A DNA stretch of 64,000 nt from Alphaproteobacteria bacterium (GTDB taxonomy: Bacteria > Pseudomonadota > Alphaproteobacteria > SP197), in NCBI GenBank assembly GCA_965228895.1, contig OZ245842.1:4544001-4608000 (forward strand). The letters run 5' to 3'. A program made the translations under genes and the position numbers. This document shows, one piece after another, positions 40,605 through 50,351 of this stretch. Each line of letters opens with the position of its first letter. Positions within the stretch are counted from its first letter, which is position 1. Under the pieces are notes generated by a model, which saw nothing but the letters and a program-made list of their open reading frames with translations, was not told the DNA's origin and made no database searches.

Positions 40605-41119
40605 TAAAGCGAATCCAACGGGATGGAATAGTTCACCGTCAACGTCTCCATGCCCGGATTGTTGTCGTAAATGCTGGCGTTGGAGATATGGGTGAACTCG
40701 ACACCCAGCCTCGACCGGTCGTCAAAACGCCAATCCAGCGCGACCGCGGAGCGGAACTCCAGCACACCGCCCAGATCCTTGCCGCTGCCGTCTTCATAGG
40801 CGCCGACGGCAAAACTGGGCCGGAACACCACCCGCTTGCCGAAGAAGAAATCGACATAAACGCCGCCATAGCCATAGACCGAGCCGTCGGTGTTCACAAA
40901 ACCACCGACCATGGGCGTCAAAATGAGGTCTTTGAAGTCCGACCGGTATTCGACGCCAAACATGGCTGCCGTATGATCGTCGAAGATGTCGGAAGCGCCA
41001 CCATAGAGCGCCAGAAAGGGCGGATCGTCCTCGGCATCGGCGGGCACAGTCCATACTGCCGCCATTGCAAGCGCACAAACGGCCGCTAAAAACCGCATAA
41101 CCCTGCCCCTTTTTGACAT
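40601..41119 (-). CDS. Acyloxyacyl hydrolase / PagL-like lipid A deacylase beta-barrel
   Basis: Signal peptide; GKDLGGVLEFRS; HISNA...NPG catalytic motif. Confidence 0.85.
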   Translation of the reverse strand: MSKRGRVMRFLAAVCALAMAAVWTVPADAEDDPPFLALYGGASDIFDDHTAAMFGVEYRSDFKDLILTPMVGGFVNTDGSVYGYGGVYVDFFFGKRVVFRPSFAVGAYEDGSGKDLGGVLEFRSAVALDWRFDDRSRLGVEFTHISNASIYDNNPGMETLTVNYSIPLDSLY

Positions 41120-41242
41120 TCCCCCTTCTAGTGCCCCGATCCGTCCGCGACCAGTTGATCCCGGGCGGAAAGGCCCTAGCGGCCGCATCCTACAGATTAG
41201 GGCGTAGGCGTCAAAGCCCCAAGGACGTATAGAATAGCGGTT

Positions 41243-42034
41243 ATGGAACAGGTGTTTGTGAGAAGCCTGATCGGGATTATTGCGCTTTTTGCCGTCTCGC
41301 AAGCGGCAGCGCAGGTCGATCCGCGTCTTCAGGAAGGCCAGACGGCGACCGTCGTCGAGGTCATTGACGGTGATACCGTGGTGTTGGATGACGGCAGCCA
41401 GGTTCGTCTGGTCACCATCCAAACGCCGAAACTGGCGCTGGGCCGCGAAAACTTCGTCGAACAGCCGCTGGCACACGAGGCCAAGGCGGCCTTGGAGGAG
41501 GTTGTCCTGGACCGGCAGGTCACCCTCGCTTTCGACCAGACGCAAAAGGACCGCCACGGCCGCTGGCTGGCCCACCTCTACCGCGACGATGGCCTGTGGC
41601 TTCAAGGTCACATGGTCGACATCGCCCTGGCGCGCGTCTACAGCTTCCCCGACAACCGCACCATGGCAAGCGAGTTGCTGGCGCGAGAAGCGGACGCCAG
41701 GGCGCTCGATGCCGGCATCTGGGCGTTATCGTTCTATGCGGTGCGCGAAGCCGGTGAACCCGACGCGGTGCCGGTCGACAGCTATGAGCTGATCGAAGGT
41801 CGCGTTGTCGACGCCGCCGAGGTTAACGGGCGGATCTTTCTTAACTTCGGAGACGATTGGAAAACCGACATGACGGCGACGGTGTCGCCCGAAGATGCGC
41901 GCCTGTTCGATGCCGAGGCGATTGACCTGCTGTCGCTCGATGGGCAAAGGATCAGGGTGCGCGGATGGGTGAACTGGCACAACGGACCGTCGATCAGTGT
42001 CAGCCATCCCGAACAGATCGAGGTTTTGGAATGA
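41243..42034 (+). CDS. Secreted thermonuclease (SNase) family protein with extra C-terminal domain
   Basis: VIDGDT, DRHGRWLAH, EADAR...GIW. Confidence 0.88.
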   Translation: MEQVFVRSLIGIIALFAVSQAAAQVDPRLQEGQTATVVEVIDGDTVVLDDGSQVRLVTIQTPKLALGRENFVEQPLAHEAKAALEEVVLDRQVTLAFDQTQKDRHGRWLAHLYRDDGLWLQGHMVDIALARVYSFPDNRTMASELLAREADARALDAGIWALSFYAVREAGEPDAVPVDSYELIEGRVVDAAEVNGRIFLNFGDDWKTDMTATVSPEDARLFDAEAIDLLSLDGQRIRVRGWVNWHNGPSISVSHPEQIEVLE

Positions 42035-43497
42035 CATTGCTGAAACGCTGCCGCTTGGCGCTTGCTGCCGGCGCCCTGGCCGTCGCCACCGCACTTGCGG
42101 CCTGTACGACGAACCCGGCGACCGGCCAGCAGGAGTTCACCTTGATGTCGCCGTCCGACGAGGTACGGGTCGGCCAACAGGAACATCCCAAGATCCTGAA
42201 CGAGTTCGGCGTCTATCAGGAGATGCCGGAACTGAACGCCTATGTCGCGACACTCGGCGGGCGCCTGCACAGCGTCTCGGAGCTCTCCCAGCAATCCTTC
42301 ACGTTCACCCTGCTGGATAGCGACATGGTCAATGCCTTCGCACTGCCCGGGGGTTATGTCTATGTCACCCGCGGCCTGATGGCGCTGGCCAACAGCGAGG
42401 CGGAGCTGGCGGGTGTTGTCGGCCATGAAATCGGTCATGTCACGGCGCGGCACTCCGCCCAGCGTGTCACCCAGCAGACCCTCGCCGGGATCGGCGCGGT
42501 GGCGCTGGGTGCGGTGGTGGGCGACCCGCAATTGACCGAGATGGCGGGCCTGGGCGCGCTCGCCTGGGTCCAGGGCTATAGCCGCGCCCATGAGTTCGAG
42601 GCCGATCAACTGGGCATCCGCTACATGAGCCGTGCGGGCTACGACCCGATCGCCATGTCGACCTTCCTGAACAGCCTGGGCGAGAACAGCAACCTGTCGC
42701 GCCAGCTGATGTTCCAGGACGGCGAGGCGCAGATCGACTGGTTCTCGACCCATCCGCGCACGCCCGACCGGGTTGCGGCGGCCGCCCAATCGGCCGGCGG
42801 CGGAAACCCCAACTGGGTTCACGGCCGCAACGAATACCTCGGACGCATCGACGGCATGATCTTCGGCGACAGTCCCGAACAAGGGTTCATCCGCGGCCGC
42901 ACGTTCTCGCATCCGATCATGCGCATGACCTTCGTGGTGCCGGAAGGTTTCCGCATGCTGAACTCGCCTGATGCCGTTCTGGCACTCAACAAAGACGGCG
43001 CGTTCGTACGCTTCGACGGCGCCCAGGCGCAGCAGAACGTGCCGATGACGACCTATCTGACCCAGCAATGGGCGCGCGGGCGCGAGGTCAACGAACTCGA
43101 AAAAATCGACATGGACGGCATGGAGGCCGCGACCGGCTGGCTGCAGGTCCAGGGCAACAGCGGCCCGATCAACCTGCGCCTGGTCGCCCTGCGCTGGGAC
43201 GCCACCACCATCTACCGCTTCATGATCGTCAGCCCGGCGCAATACACCGCCGCCCTGGAAATGCCCATGCGCCGCATGCTGGGCAGCTTCCGGCAGTTGT
43301 CACAGGCCGAGGCCGCCGCGCTTCGACCGCTGCGCCTGCGCGTCGTCGAGGTGCGCAGCGGCGACACGATCGACAGTCTTGCCCGGCGCATGGCGTTCGA
43401 CGACTTCCGGCGCGAGCGCTTCATGGTCCTGAACGGCATCACCTCGAACAGCCAGCTTCAGCCCGGCATGCTGGTCAAGATCGTGACCGAGAGCTGA
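42031..43497 (+). CDS. M48 metalloprotease lipoprotein with C-terminal LysM-like domain
   Basis: LAAC lipobox; NAFALPGG; HEIGH; EFEAD; STHP; VRSGDTIDSLA. Confidence 0.9.
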   Translation: MTLLKRCRLALAAGALAVATALAACTTNPATGQQEFTLMSPSDEVRVGQQEHPKILNEFGVYQEMPELNAYVATLGGRLHSVSELSQQSFTFTLLDSDMVNAFALPGGYVYVTRGLMALANSEAELAGVVGHEIGHVTARHSAQRVTQQTLAGIGAVALGAVVGDPQLTEMAGLGALAWVQGYSRAHEFEADQLGIRYMSRAGYDPIAMSTFLNSLGENSNLSRQLMFQDGEAQIDWFSTHPRTPDRVAAAAQSAGGGNPNWVHGRNEYLGRIDGMIFGDSPEQGFIRGRTFSHPIMRMTFVVPEGFRMLNSPDAVLALNKDGAFVRFDGAQAQQNVPMTTYLTQQWARGREVNELEKIDMDGMEAATGWLQVQGNSGPINLRLVALRWDATTIYRFMIVSPAQYTAALEMPMRRMLGSFRQLSQAEAAALRPLRLRVVEVRSGDTIDSLARRMAFDDFRRERFMVLNGITSNSQLQPGMLVKIVTES

Positions 43498-43517
43498 CAC
43501 ACAAGATCCGACCTCGC

Positions 43518-43606
43518 GTCCCGGCCGGAGAGCCGGGACCCATGAACACGGTCGGTGCCAATTCAGGCGAGCCCGGTGTTCCTGGGTCCCGGATCAAGTC
43601 CGGGAC
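43518..43606. repeat. Alphaproteobacterial REP/RPE-like double-hairpin element
   Basis: GTCCCGGCCGGAGAGCCGGGACCCATGAACAC...GTGTTCCTGGGTCCCGGATCAAGTCCGGGAC between convergent genes. Confidence 0.75.
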
Positions 43607-43639
43607 TTCACCGATGGATTGTTGGCGGAGCGCATGCCT

Positions 43640-44890
43640 CTAAGACGACGCGCGCTCCAGCATGGCGTGCAGCAGGACGTTGCAGCCGGCCTCCAGATCG
43701 TCCTTCGCCGCGTTCTCGATCTCATTGTGGCTGATACCGCCTTCGCAGGGCACGAAGATCATCGCGGTCGGCGCGACCCGGCTGACATAGACGGCGTCGT
43801 GACCGGCGCCCGAAACCATGTCCATGTGGTCATAGCCCAGCAGGCGCGCCGCGCCACGCACCGCATCGACACAGCCGGTGTCGAAGGCGACCGGCGGTGA
43901 CACCCAGATCTCGTCGATCTCGATCGTCACGCCGCGCTCGGCCGCGATAGCCTCGGCGGTCGCGCGCATGTCACGGTCAAGGCCTGCGAACGCTTCGGCG
44001 TCGGGGTGGCGGATGTCGACGGACATCAGGACTTCGCCGGCAATGGTGTTGCGCGTGTGCTCGGGGTTGCAGTGGTTGATCTTGACCGTGGTGCGGCCGT
44101 GGGGGCCGGCGGCGCGTGCGTTCGCATCGAGCTTGGTGATCAGCTCAGCGCTGGCGACGAGCGCATCCTTGCGCATGGTCATCGGCGTTGGACCCGCATG
44201 GGCTTCCATGCCGGTGACGGCGACATCGTACCAACGGATACCCTGGACGCCGGTGACGACGCCGACCGGCTTTTTCTCCGCCTCCAGGATCGGGCCCTGT
44301 TCTATGTGCGCCTCGAAGTGGTGGCCGAGCGCATGGCCACCGGGCTCCTCCGGCCCCAGATAGCCGATGCGTTCGAGCTCGCCGCCCATGGTCTTGCCGT
44401 CGGTGTCTTCCTGCGCGTGGGCATAGTCGAGCGCGAACTCGCCGGCAAAGACGCCGGAGCCAATCATGGCGGGCGCGAACCGGGCGCCTTCTTCGTTGGT
44501 CCAGCAGATCACCTCCATCGGCGCTTCGGTTTCGATGCCGGCATCGTTCAGCGTACGGACGACCTCGAGCCCCGCAAGCACGCCATAGACGCCGTCGAAC
44601 TTGCCGCCGGTCGGCTGGGTATCCAGGTGGCTGCCGGTCGAGACCGGCTTGGCATCGCCGTCGCGCCCCGGACGGCGGGCGAAGATGTTGCCCATCTTGT
44701 CGACCGTGCAGGTCATGCCGGCCTCCTCGCACCAGCGGACAAAAAGGTCGCGGCCCTCCTTATCGTCATCGGACAGCGCCAGTCGGCAATTGCCGCCCTT
44801 TTCCGTCGCGGCGATCTTCGCCATCTCCATGATGCTCGCCCAGAGCCGGTCGGCGTTGGCGGCGAGGCCTTCGTTGGTCTTGCTGTTCAC
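43640..44890 (-). CDS. Zn-dependent N-carbamoyl-amino-acid hydrolase / beta-ureidopropionase (M20)
   Basis: GSHLDTQPTGGKFDG, WTNEEGARF, HIEQGP, SGAGHDA, GISHNE; GTG start with AGGAG RBS. Confidence 0.92.
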   Translation of the reverse strand: MNSKTNEGLAANADRLWASIMEMAKIAATEKGGNCRLALSDDDKEGRDLFVRWCEEAGMTCTVDKMGNIFARRPGRDGDAKPVSTGSHLDTQPTGGKFDGVYGVLAGLEVVRTLNDAGIETEAPMEVICWTNEEGARFAPAMIGSGVFAGEFALDYAHAQEDTDGKTMGGELERIGYLGPEEPGGHALGHHFEAHIEQGPILEAEKKPVGVVTGVQGIRWYDVAVTGMEAHAGPTPMTMRKDALVASAELITKLDANARAAGPHGRTTVKINHCNPEHTRNTIAGEVLMSVDIRHPDAEAFAGLDRDMRATAEAIAAERGVTIEIDEIWVSPPVAFDTGCVDAVRGAARLLGYDHMDMVSGAGHDAVYVSRVAPTAMIFVPCEGGISHNEIENAAKDDLEAGCNVLLHAMLERASS

Positions 44891-45777
44891 GGTGTCTCCT
44901 TGGTTGTCGATCCACGGCGGGTTCGGCTCATTGTGATGATCAGGATGCAGGCCACAACCACCAAGACCGCGCCCAGGGTGGTCCAGCCTGTCGGCAAGCG
45001 GTCGAATACCAACCAATCGAGCAGGGCGGAAAAGACGACGGCCGAATAACCGAGCGGTGCCACCACATAGGCCGGGGCAAAGTTGAAGGCGTACAGAAGG
45101 CAGGTCGTGGACGCCAGAAGTAGCACCCCGACGAGGGCCAGATGAAACCAGGTCTCGGGCGGCATGGGCCGCCACTGCAGCGCCGCAGGTACGGCCATCA
45201 AGACGACGCCGGTGGCGAAGATGTAACAGAGGGTCCTGAGGACCGGTTCGCCCGCCTGGTCGACGCGGCGCGACAGGATACTCTGAAAGGCAAAAAGGAT
45301 ACCGGCGGCGATCCCGAACAGATAGCCGATCTCGAACGTCGTGTAACCGGGATGCAGGACCAGTGCCATACCGATAAACCCAAGGACGATGCCGATCCAT
45401 AGGCGGTTCGGCATCGTCTCCTTCCAAAACAGCACCAGCAGAACCGGGATCCACAGTGGCGCGGCATCGCGCAAGAGAATGCCGTCGACAAGCGAGATGG
45501 TTTGCAGGGCGATGAACAGCGAGACGACCTGGACAATTCCCACCACCGACCGGACGACCAACAAGCCGGTGTTGGTTGATGCCAGGAACCGCCTGCCACG
45601 GGTAAGCGCGATCGGGACGATGACAGCGGCGGGAAAGGCAAAACTCAAGAACGAGATCACAAACTCGCCGGCGTTTTTCGACGCAAGCTGCACGAACAGG
45701 CCGGCGCCGGCGAAACAAGCGCCGGCAACGGTCACCAGCAGCGCACCGGCGACGATGTCGTCTCGAGGAGCCGTCAC
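44887..45777 (-). CDS. DMT/EamA family transporter
   Basis: About 10 TMs; AP...VAPLGY pattern; GTGA-coupled to the downstream hydrolase. Confidence 0.85.
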   Translation of the reverse strand: MTAPRDDIVAGALLVTVAGACFAGAGLFVQLASKNAGEFVISFLSFAFPAAVIVPIALTRGRRFLASTNTGLLVVRSVVGIVQVVSLFIALQTISLVDGILLRDAAPLWIPVLLVLFWKETMPNRLWIGIVLGFIGMALVLHPGYTTFEIGYLFGIAAGILFAFQSILSRRVDQAGEPVLRTLCYIFATGVVLMAVPAALQWRPMPPETWFHLALVGVLLLASTTCLLYAFNFAPAYVVAPLGYSAVVFSALLDWLVFDRLPTGWTTLGAVLVVVACILIITMSRTRRGSTTKETP

Positions 45778-45877
45778 GGCGCGTGTCCTCCCAAACAGGA
45801 CCGCCGGCGTCGGCGCCAGCGGGTGCGCAGACTAGTGCGGAATTGCAGCCCAACAAACCGTCACAGACAGGCAAGGG

Positions 45878-47215
45878 ATGGTCGTCTATCGTCCGGCCAT
45901 GCCTGCTCCCGCCTCGGCCGACGCTGCCCGGCCGACCGTACCCAGTTTTTCCCGCGCCCTCCGCTTCTGGCTCAAGCTGGGGCTGATCAGCTTTGGCGGA
46001 CCGGCGGGGCAGATCGCCATCCTGCATGACGAGCTGGTCGAACGCCGGCGCTGGATCGCCGAAGGACCGTTCCTGCACGCGCTCAATTTCTGCATGCTGC
46101 TGCCCGGCCCCGAAGCCCAACAGCTCGTGACCTACATCGGCTGGCGGCTGCACGGGATTGCCGGGGCGCTTGCCGCAGGTGGTCTGTTCGTCCTGCCCGG
46201 CGCCGTCATCATGCTGGTGCTGGCCTGGGTCGCGGCGGCCCATGGCGACTGGCAACCGGTCGCGGCGGTGTTCTACGGCATCAAGCCGATCGTGATCGCC
46301 ATCATCGTGCACGCCGTCTGGCGCATCGGCCGGCGCGCGCTGACCGGGCCGGCCGCCGTCGTGCTCGCGGTCCTGGCTTTCGTCGGGATCTTTTTCCTGG
46401 GCGTGCCGTTCCCGGTCATCGTACTCGCCGCCGCGCTGATCGGTGTGGCCGCCAGCCGGATGACGCGCGATCCCTTCGCGCCGGAGATCCCGGTCTCGGA
46501 TGAACCAAATGCAAAATCGGAGACTGTGGCCCCCGGCGGCGCGTGGCGTGTCCTTCGCTTGATTGCCATATTCGCCGTGCTCTGGGCGGTGCCCGTCTTG
46601 GCGGTCGTGGCGGTCTGGGGCGCCGACCCCTTCACCGATGTCGCCACGCTCTTTACCAAGGCGGCGTTCGTCACCTTCGGTGGCGCCTATGCGGTGCTAC
46701 CCTATATCGCCGACGCCGCGGTCTACGACTACGCCTGGCTCGACCCCGGCGAAATGGCGAACGGTCTGGCGCTAGCGGAATCGACGCCGGGACCGCTTAT
46801 TCTGGTTACCCAGTATGTCGGTTTCTTTGCCGGCTGGACGGGCGTCACGGGATCACTGGCCTCGGCGGTCATCGCCGCAGCGCTGACAACCTATGTGACG
46901 TTCCTGCCCTGCTTTCTCTTCATCCTGGCCGGCGCGCCCTATATCGAGCGCCTGCACGGCAACCGTCTGGCGGCAAGCGCGCTGGGCGCGATCACCGCGG
47001 CGGTGGTTGGTGTCATCGCCAATCTCGGCGTTTTTCTGGGGTTGGTGGTGCTGTTCCCGGGCGGGACCATCGACTGGACATCGCTGGTCCTGACCGCGGT
47101 CGCGACGCTGGTGTTGTTCGTACGCCCCGTCGCCACCCACTGGATGGTCCTTGTCGGCGCGGCGGTGGGTCTGGCGGTTTGGTATGGCGGTTTGGCCGGG
47201 ATGGGCGGCGGTTAG
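45878..47215 (+). CDS. chrA: Chromate efflux transporter (CHR family, long chain)
   Basis: SFGGPAGQI, LLPGPEAQQ, TFGGAYAVL, ESTPGPLI. Confidence 0.92.
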   Translation: MVVYRPAMPAPASADAARPTVPSFSRALRFWLKLGLISFGGPAGQIAILHDELVERRRWIAEGPFLHALNFCMLLPGPEAQQLVTYIGWRLHGIAGALAAGGLFVLPGAVIMLVLAWVAAAHGDWQPVAAVFYGIKPIVIAIIVHAVWRIGRRALTGPAAVVLAVLAFVGIFFLGVPFPVIVLAAALIGVAASRMTRDPFAPEIPVSDEPNAKSETVAPGGAWRVLRLIAIFAVLWAVPVLAVVAVWGADPFTDVATLFTKAAFVTFGGAYAVLPYIADAAVYDYAWLDPGEMANGLALAESTPGPLILVTQYVGFFAGWTGVTGSLASAVIAAALTTYVTFLPCFLFILAGAPYIERLHGNRLAASALGAITAAVVGVIANLGVFLGLVVLFPGGTIDWTSLVLTAVATLVLFVRPVATHWMVLVGAAVGLAVWYGGLAGMGGG

Positions 47216-48012
47216 GCCTCGAGCTGCTCGACCACGGTGGCGTCGCGGTCCAGGCAAACGGCGAACAACGGACCGCCACCGCCGCAACCGGCATCGAGGG
47301 TCATCGTGTGGTCGCCCAGCACGACGCCGCCGCCATCGGGATCGAAACCCCGCACGACCATGCGGAAGCCACCGAACGGCTCTTGGATCGCGGCAAAGCC
47401 GCCGGGGTTCCACCAGAAGGCGTCCCGTTGGGTCTCCAGCGGGCGCGTCGGATCGAGCCCGGCGTGAACGAAAAGGATCGAGCCGTCTTCGGTCACCGCC
47501 GCACGCCGCAGCTGCGTCATCAACGCGCCGTGGCCAGGAAAGCTGCGCTGGACATCACGCAGAGCGGTGGTCCAGCGAGTCAGCGCCGCGGCGCCGGCGC
47601 GCGCCGCCATCATGCCGGTGTCGGGATCGATGCCATAGGCGGCGATGGTCGCGGTGACGCCGCGCTGCATCATCCAGTTCAAAACTTCGTGCGGGCTCAG
47701 CGCCAGCTGCAGCTGCAGCAGCTTTTGCCACATCTCTTCCTGGGCGCCGCGCAGGAAGACGATGTCCTGGGGCATCATGCCGGGAACCGCCAGGACTTCG
47801 CGGCGGAACGTGATCAGTTCGTCCAGCGTTTCACGGATCGCCGGCCCGTAACCCAGATAGTTACCGAGATAGACCAGGCGGTCGCGCGGCTGGAAATGGC
47901 GGGCGATCTGGTGATGCAGACGGCCCAACCGCTCGGCCTCGCCATGAATGGCGGGCACGGCCCAGACCCGGTTCCAACCGGTCAGTGTTCCAAATTTTGT
48001 ACGGTCAAGCAT
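47212..48012 (-). CDS. Calcineurin-like metallophosphoesterase-fold protein with degenerate metal ligands
   Basis: PAIHG / LGNYLG / LRGAQE / FVHAG in place of GDIHG / GDYVD / GNHE. Confidence 0.8.
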   Translation of the reverse strand: MLDRTKFGTLTGWNRVWAVPAIHGEAERLGRLHHQIARHFQPRDRLVYLGNYLGYGPAIRETLDELITFRREVLAVPGMMPQDIVFLRGAQEEMWQKLLQLQLALSPHEVLNWMMQRGVTATIAAYGIDPDTGMMAARAGAAALTRWTTALRDVQRSFPGHGALMTQLRRAAVTEDGSILFVHAGLDPTRPLETQRDAFWWNPGGFAAIQEPFGGFRMVVRGFDPDGGGVVLGDHTMTLDAGCGGGGPLFAVCLDRDATVVEQLEA

Positions 48013-48067
48013 GAAACGCCATCGCCCCGCCGGCTACTGATGACGGGGCGACAGCGTAACCGGGAGA

Positions 48068-48568
48068 TCAAGCGGCTTCGAGAACCTTTTCGATCTTCGT
48101 CGTCGCCTGATCGGGTTCGACTCCCTCGACCGCCGCAAGCTCGCGCGACAAACGGTCAAGCGCGGCTTCATAAAGCTGGCGTTCGCTATAGGACTGGTCG
48201 GCCTGGCCGACACGGGTGTGCAAATCGCGCACGACCTCGGCAATCGAGACGGGATCGCCGGAGTTGATCTTGGCTTCATACTCCTGGGCACGCCGGCTCC
48301 ACATGGTGCGGCGCACGCGGGCGCGGCCCTTCAGTGTCGTCAACGCGCTCTTCATCACGTCCTTGGTCGACAGCTTGCGCATGCCCGACGTCGCGATCTT
48401 GTGGACGGGAACGCGCAGGACCATCTTCTCCTGCTCGAAATTCACGACCACCATGTTGAGCTTGGCTTCACCGATGGTCTGCTCCTCGAGAGACTGAACG
48501 AGGCCGACTCCATGAGTCGGATAAACCACGTAATCACCAACGCTTAGTTTGATGTCCTGGGATGGCAT
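48068..48568 (-). CDS. carD: CarD family transcriptional regulator
   Basis: VVYPTHGVG; MWSRRAQEYEAKINSGD; SYSERQLYE. Confidence 0.95.
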   Translation of the reverse strand: MPSQDIKLSVGDYVVYPTHGVGLVQSLEEQTIGEAKLNMVVVNFEQEKMVLRVPVHKIATSGMRKLSTKDVMKSALTTLKGRARVRRTMWSRRAQEYEAKINSGDPVSIAEVVRDLHTRVGQADQSYSERQLYEAALDRLSRELAAVEGVEPDQATTKIEKVLEAA

Positions 48569-48905
48569 ATGTTTCTCACCTGTTCACGCAATGGTTTTGT
48601 TATGCACCGGTCGCTTTTCGCGAACTCGTTGTCACGCGAACCTCCCGAGTCCGCGCCCGATCAACCGTTCGAACCGCGCGATGCCTGCCTGCAGACGCCA
48701 ACCGCGTCACACAGAGACGGGCCAGCCCTGAAGCTGACCCGTTTATCCGCGCTCCGATCGCTTAATCAGAGACTTAGAATAACACAAAATGTGGCTATTC
48801 GGAAGCTGGAGACGGCAAAACCCTATGATTTCCGTGGGTTAGCACCATTCTGGCGGTCCTGTCAGGCAATCCGCCAATGGCCGGCCTGAAACGACTCGAC
48901 GCCGC

Positions 48906-49235
48906 TCAACCACCCGGATTCGGGCTGAAATGCTCTTTTTTGTCCTTCACATCGCGCCAATCGTCGGAGTCGGGCAGTGGATCTTTCTGCCGGGTGATGT
49001 TCGGCCACTCCTCGGCATACTTGCGGTTCAGCTCCAGCCAGTCGGCCAGGCCGTCATCGGTATCCGGCTTGATGGCATCGATCGGACATTCCGGCTCGCA
49101 CACGCCACAGTCGATACATTCATCGGGGTGAATGACCAGCATGTTCTCGCCCTCGTAAAAGCAGTCGACGGGGCAGACCTCGACACAGTCGGTTAACTTG
49201 CACTTGATGCATGCTTCGACGACGACATAGGTCAT
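48906..49235 (-). CDS. fdxA: 7Fe ferredoxin FdxA
   Basis: [18 protein letters not shown]; [12 protein letters not shown]. Confidence 0.95.
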   Translation of the reverse strand: MTYVVVEACIKCKLTDCVEVCPVDCFYEGENMLVIHPDECIDCGVCEPECPIDAIKPDTDDGLADWLELNRKYAEEWPNITRQKDPLPDSDDWRDVKDKKEHFSPNPGG

Positions 49236-49308
49236 CGGCACCTCCACAATGAACACAAGGCCGGCGGCGACAATCGGCCAGCGCTATCTAGGCAATTAAC
49301 GGACGAGG

Positions 49309-49776
49309 TCAAGCGGGTTCCGCATCGAGCGCAGCCTGAGCACGCCGTTTGGCAATCGCGCGATCACGGTCCGTGACGTGCAGAAGAGCGGCGATGCGGC
49401 GGGCCAGCGAGTCCTCATAGGCATCGAGCGTGCCGTCGACCAGCAGGACCTGCCAAAGCATCTGCATCAGGCCAATACGCTCATCGGCGTCGAACTGGTT
49501 CTTGATCACTCTGGTGAAACGCTCGTAGTCCGCCGCATCTTCTGCGATCGGGCGCGCCTTCTCGACGAGATCGGCGGCGCGTTCGTCGGTCAGGTCAAAA
49601 CGGTCGGCGATCAAGGTCTGGACTTCGCTGATCTCCAGATCGTCGGCGAAACCATCGACAAGCGCGGCTTCGACCAGAATCACCGCGGCGGCGTGCCGCA
49701 GTTCCTCTTTGGGATCCGTCGGCTCGCCGGCGACCGCCTCGTCCAATCCAAAAAGTGCTCGTACGCGACCTATCAT
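49309..49776 (-). CDS. TerB family protein
   Basis: AAAVILVEAALVDG...LWQVLLVDGTLDAYEDSL pattern. Confidence 0.82.
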   Translation of the reverse strand: MIGRVRALFGLDEAVAGEPTDPKEELRHAAAVILVEAALVDGFADDLEISEVQTLIADRFDLTDERAADLVEKARPIAEDAADYERFTRVIKNQFDADERIGLMQMLWQVLLVDGTLDAYEDSLARRIAALLHVTDRDRAIAKRRAQAALDAEPA

Positions 49777-49861
49777 GGGCGCGGGTTATGTCAGACGCAC
49801 CGCGCCCTTTCAACCACAGGCTTCTTAAGGGTTTCTGTAGTGTTACCGGTCTGATTGGCAT

Positions 49862-49934
49862 CACCGGCCCACGCCCCCGCCCGGCCACCCCGAGGATGCT
49901 GCCATGGGTCGCCGGGCGGGGGCGTGGGCCGGTG
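49862..49934. repeat. Long GC-rich hairpin element, copy 2
   Basis: 29-bp stem with 1 mismatch around the identical loop CGAGGATGCTGCCAT. Confidence 0.85.
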
Positions 49935-49961
49935 CCGATCCCGCGTCAGCGGGAAAAAGAT

Positions 49962-50351
49962 CTAGCCGCCGTCGACGCGACGCTTCAGCGCGTCGAGTGC
50001 GCGGCGCTCCTGTTTGGTCGGCCGCCCGGCGCCGCGTTCGCGCCGGCCGGCAGGTGCCGGACGTTCATCGGGCGTTGGTGGTGTCGGAGGTGCCAGGTCC
50101 TCGTAGAGTTCGCGGGCTTCAGGCGCTGGTCCACGCCGTTCGCCCAGGGTCACGACGCGAATGACGCGAATGTCGCGGCCGTGGGGGAAGGTCAGGACGT
50201 CGCCCGGCTTGACGGAACCGTGGGTCTTCAGCACCCGCTCGCTGTTGACACGAATACGGCCGGCCGCCACCGCGCGCGATGCCAGCGTGCGGCTCTTGAA
50301 GAACCGTGCATACCAGAGCCATTTGTCGATGCGGATGGTGTCCGTGCTCAA
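49962..50351 (-). CDS. hslR: S4-domain RNA-binding heat shock protein Hsp15
   Basis: RIDKWLWYARFFKSR; GRPTKQERR. Confidence 0.9.
   Translation of the reverse strand: MSTDTIRIDKWLWYARFFKSRTLASRAVAAGRIRVNSERVLKTHGSVKPGDVLTFPHGRDIRVIRVVTLGERRGPAPEARELYEDLAPPTPPTPDERPAPAGRRERGAGRPTKQERRALDALKRRVDGG

Noticed and set aside
40601-41611. 336-aa version of the PagL-like ORF
   Set aside because: The N-terminal half is antisense to the thermonuclease; the signal peptide begins near 41119/41098
43640-46312. 890-aa ORF as a large fusion protein
   Set aside because: Only the last ~416 aa are M20-like. The extension overlaps the DMT gene and antisense chrA, and a GTG start with RBS lies at 44890
48570-48900. 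ncRNA in the long fdxA-carD intergenic region
   Set aside because: No recognisable family or strong structure; probably the carD promoter and 5' UTR
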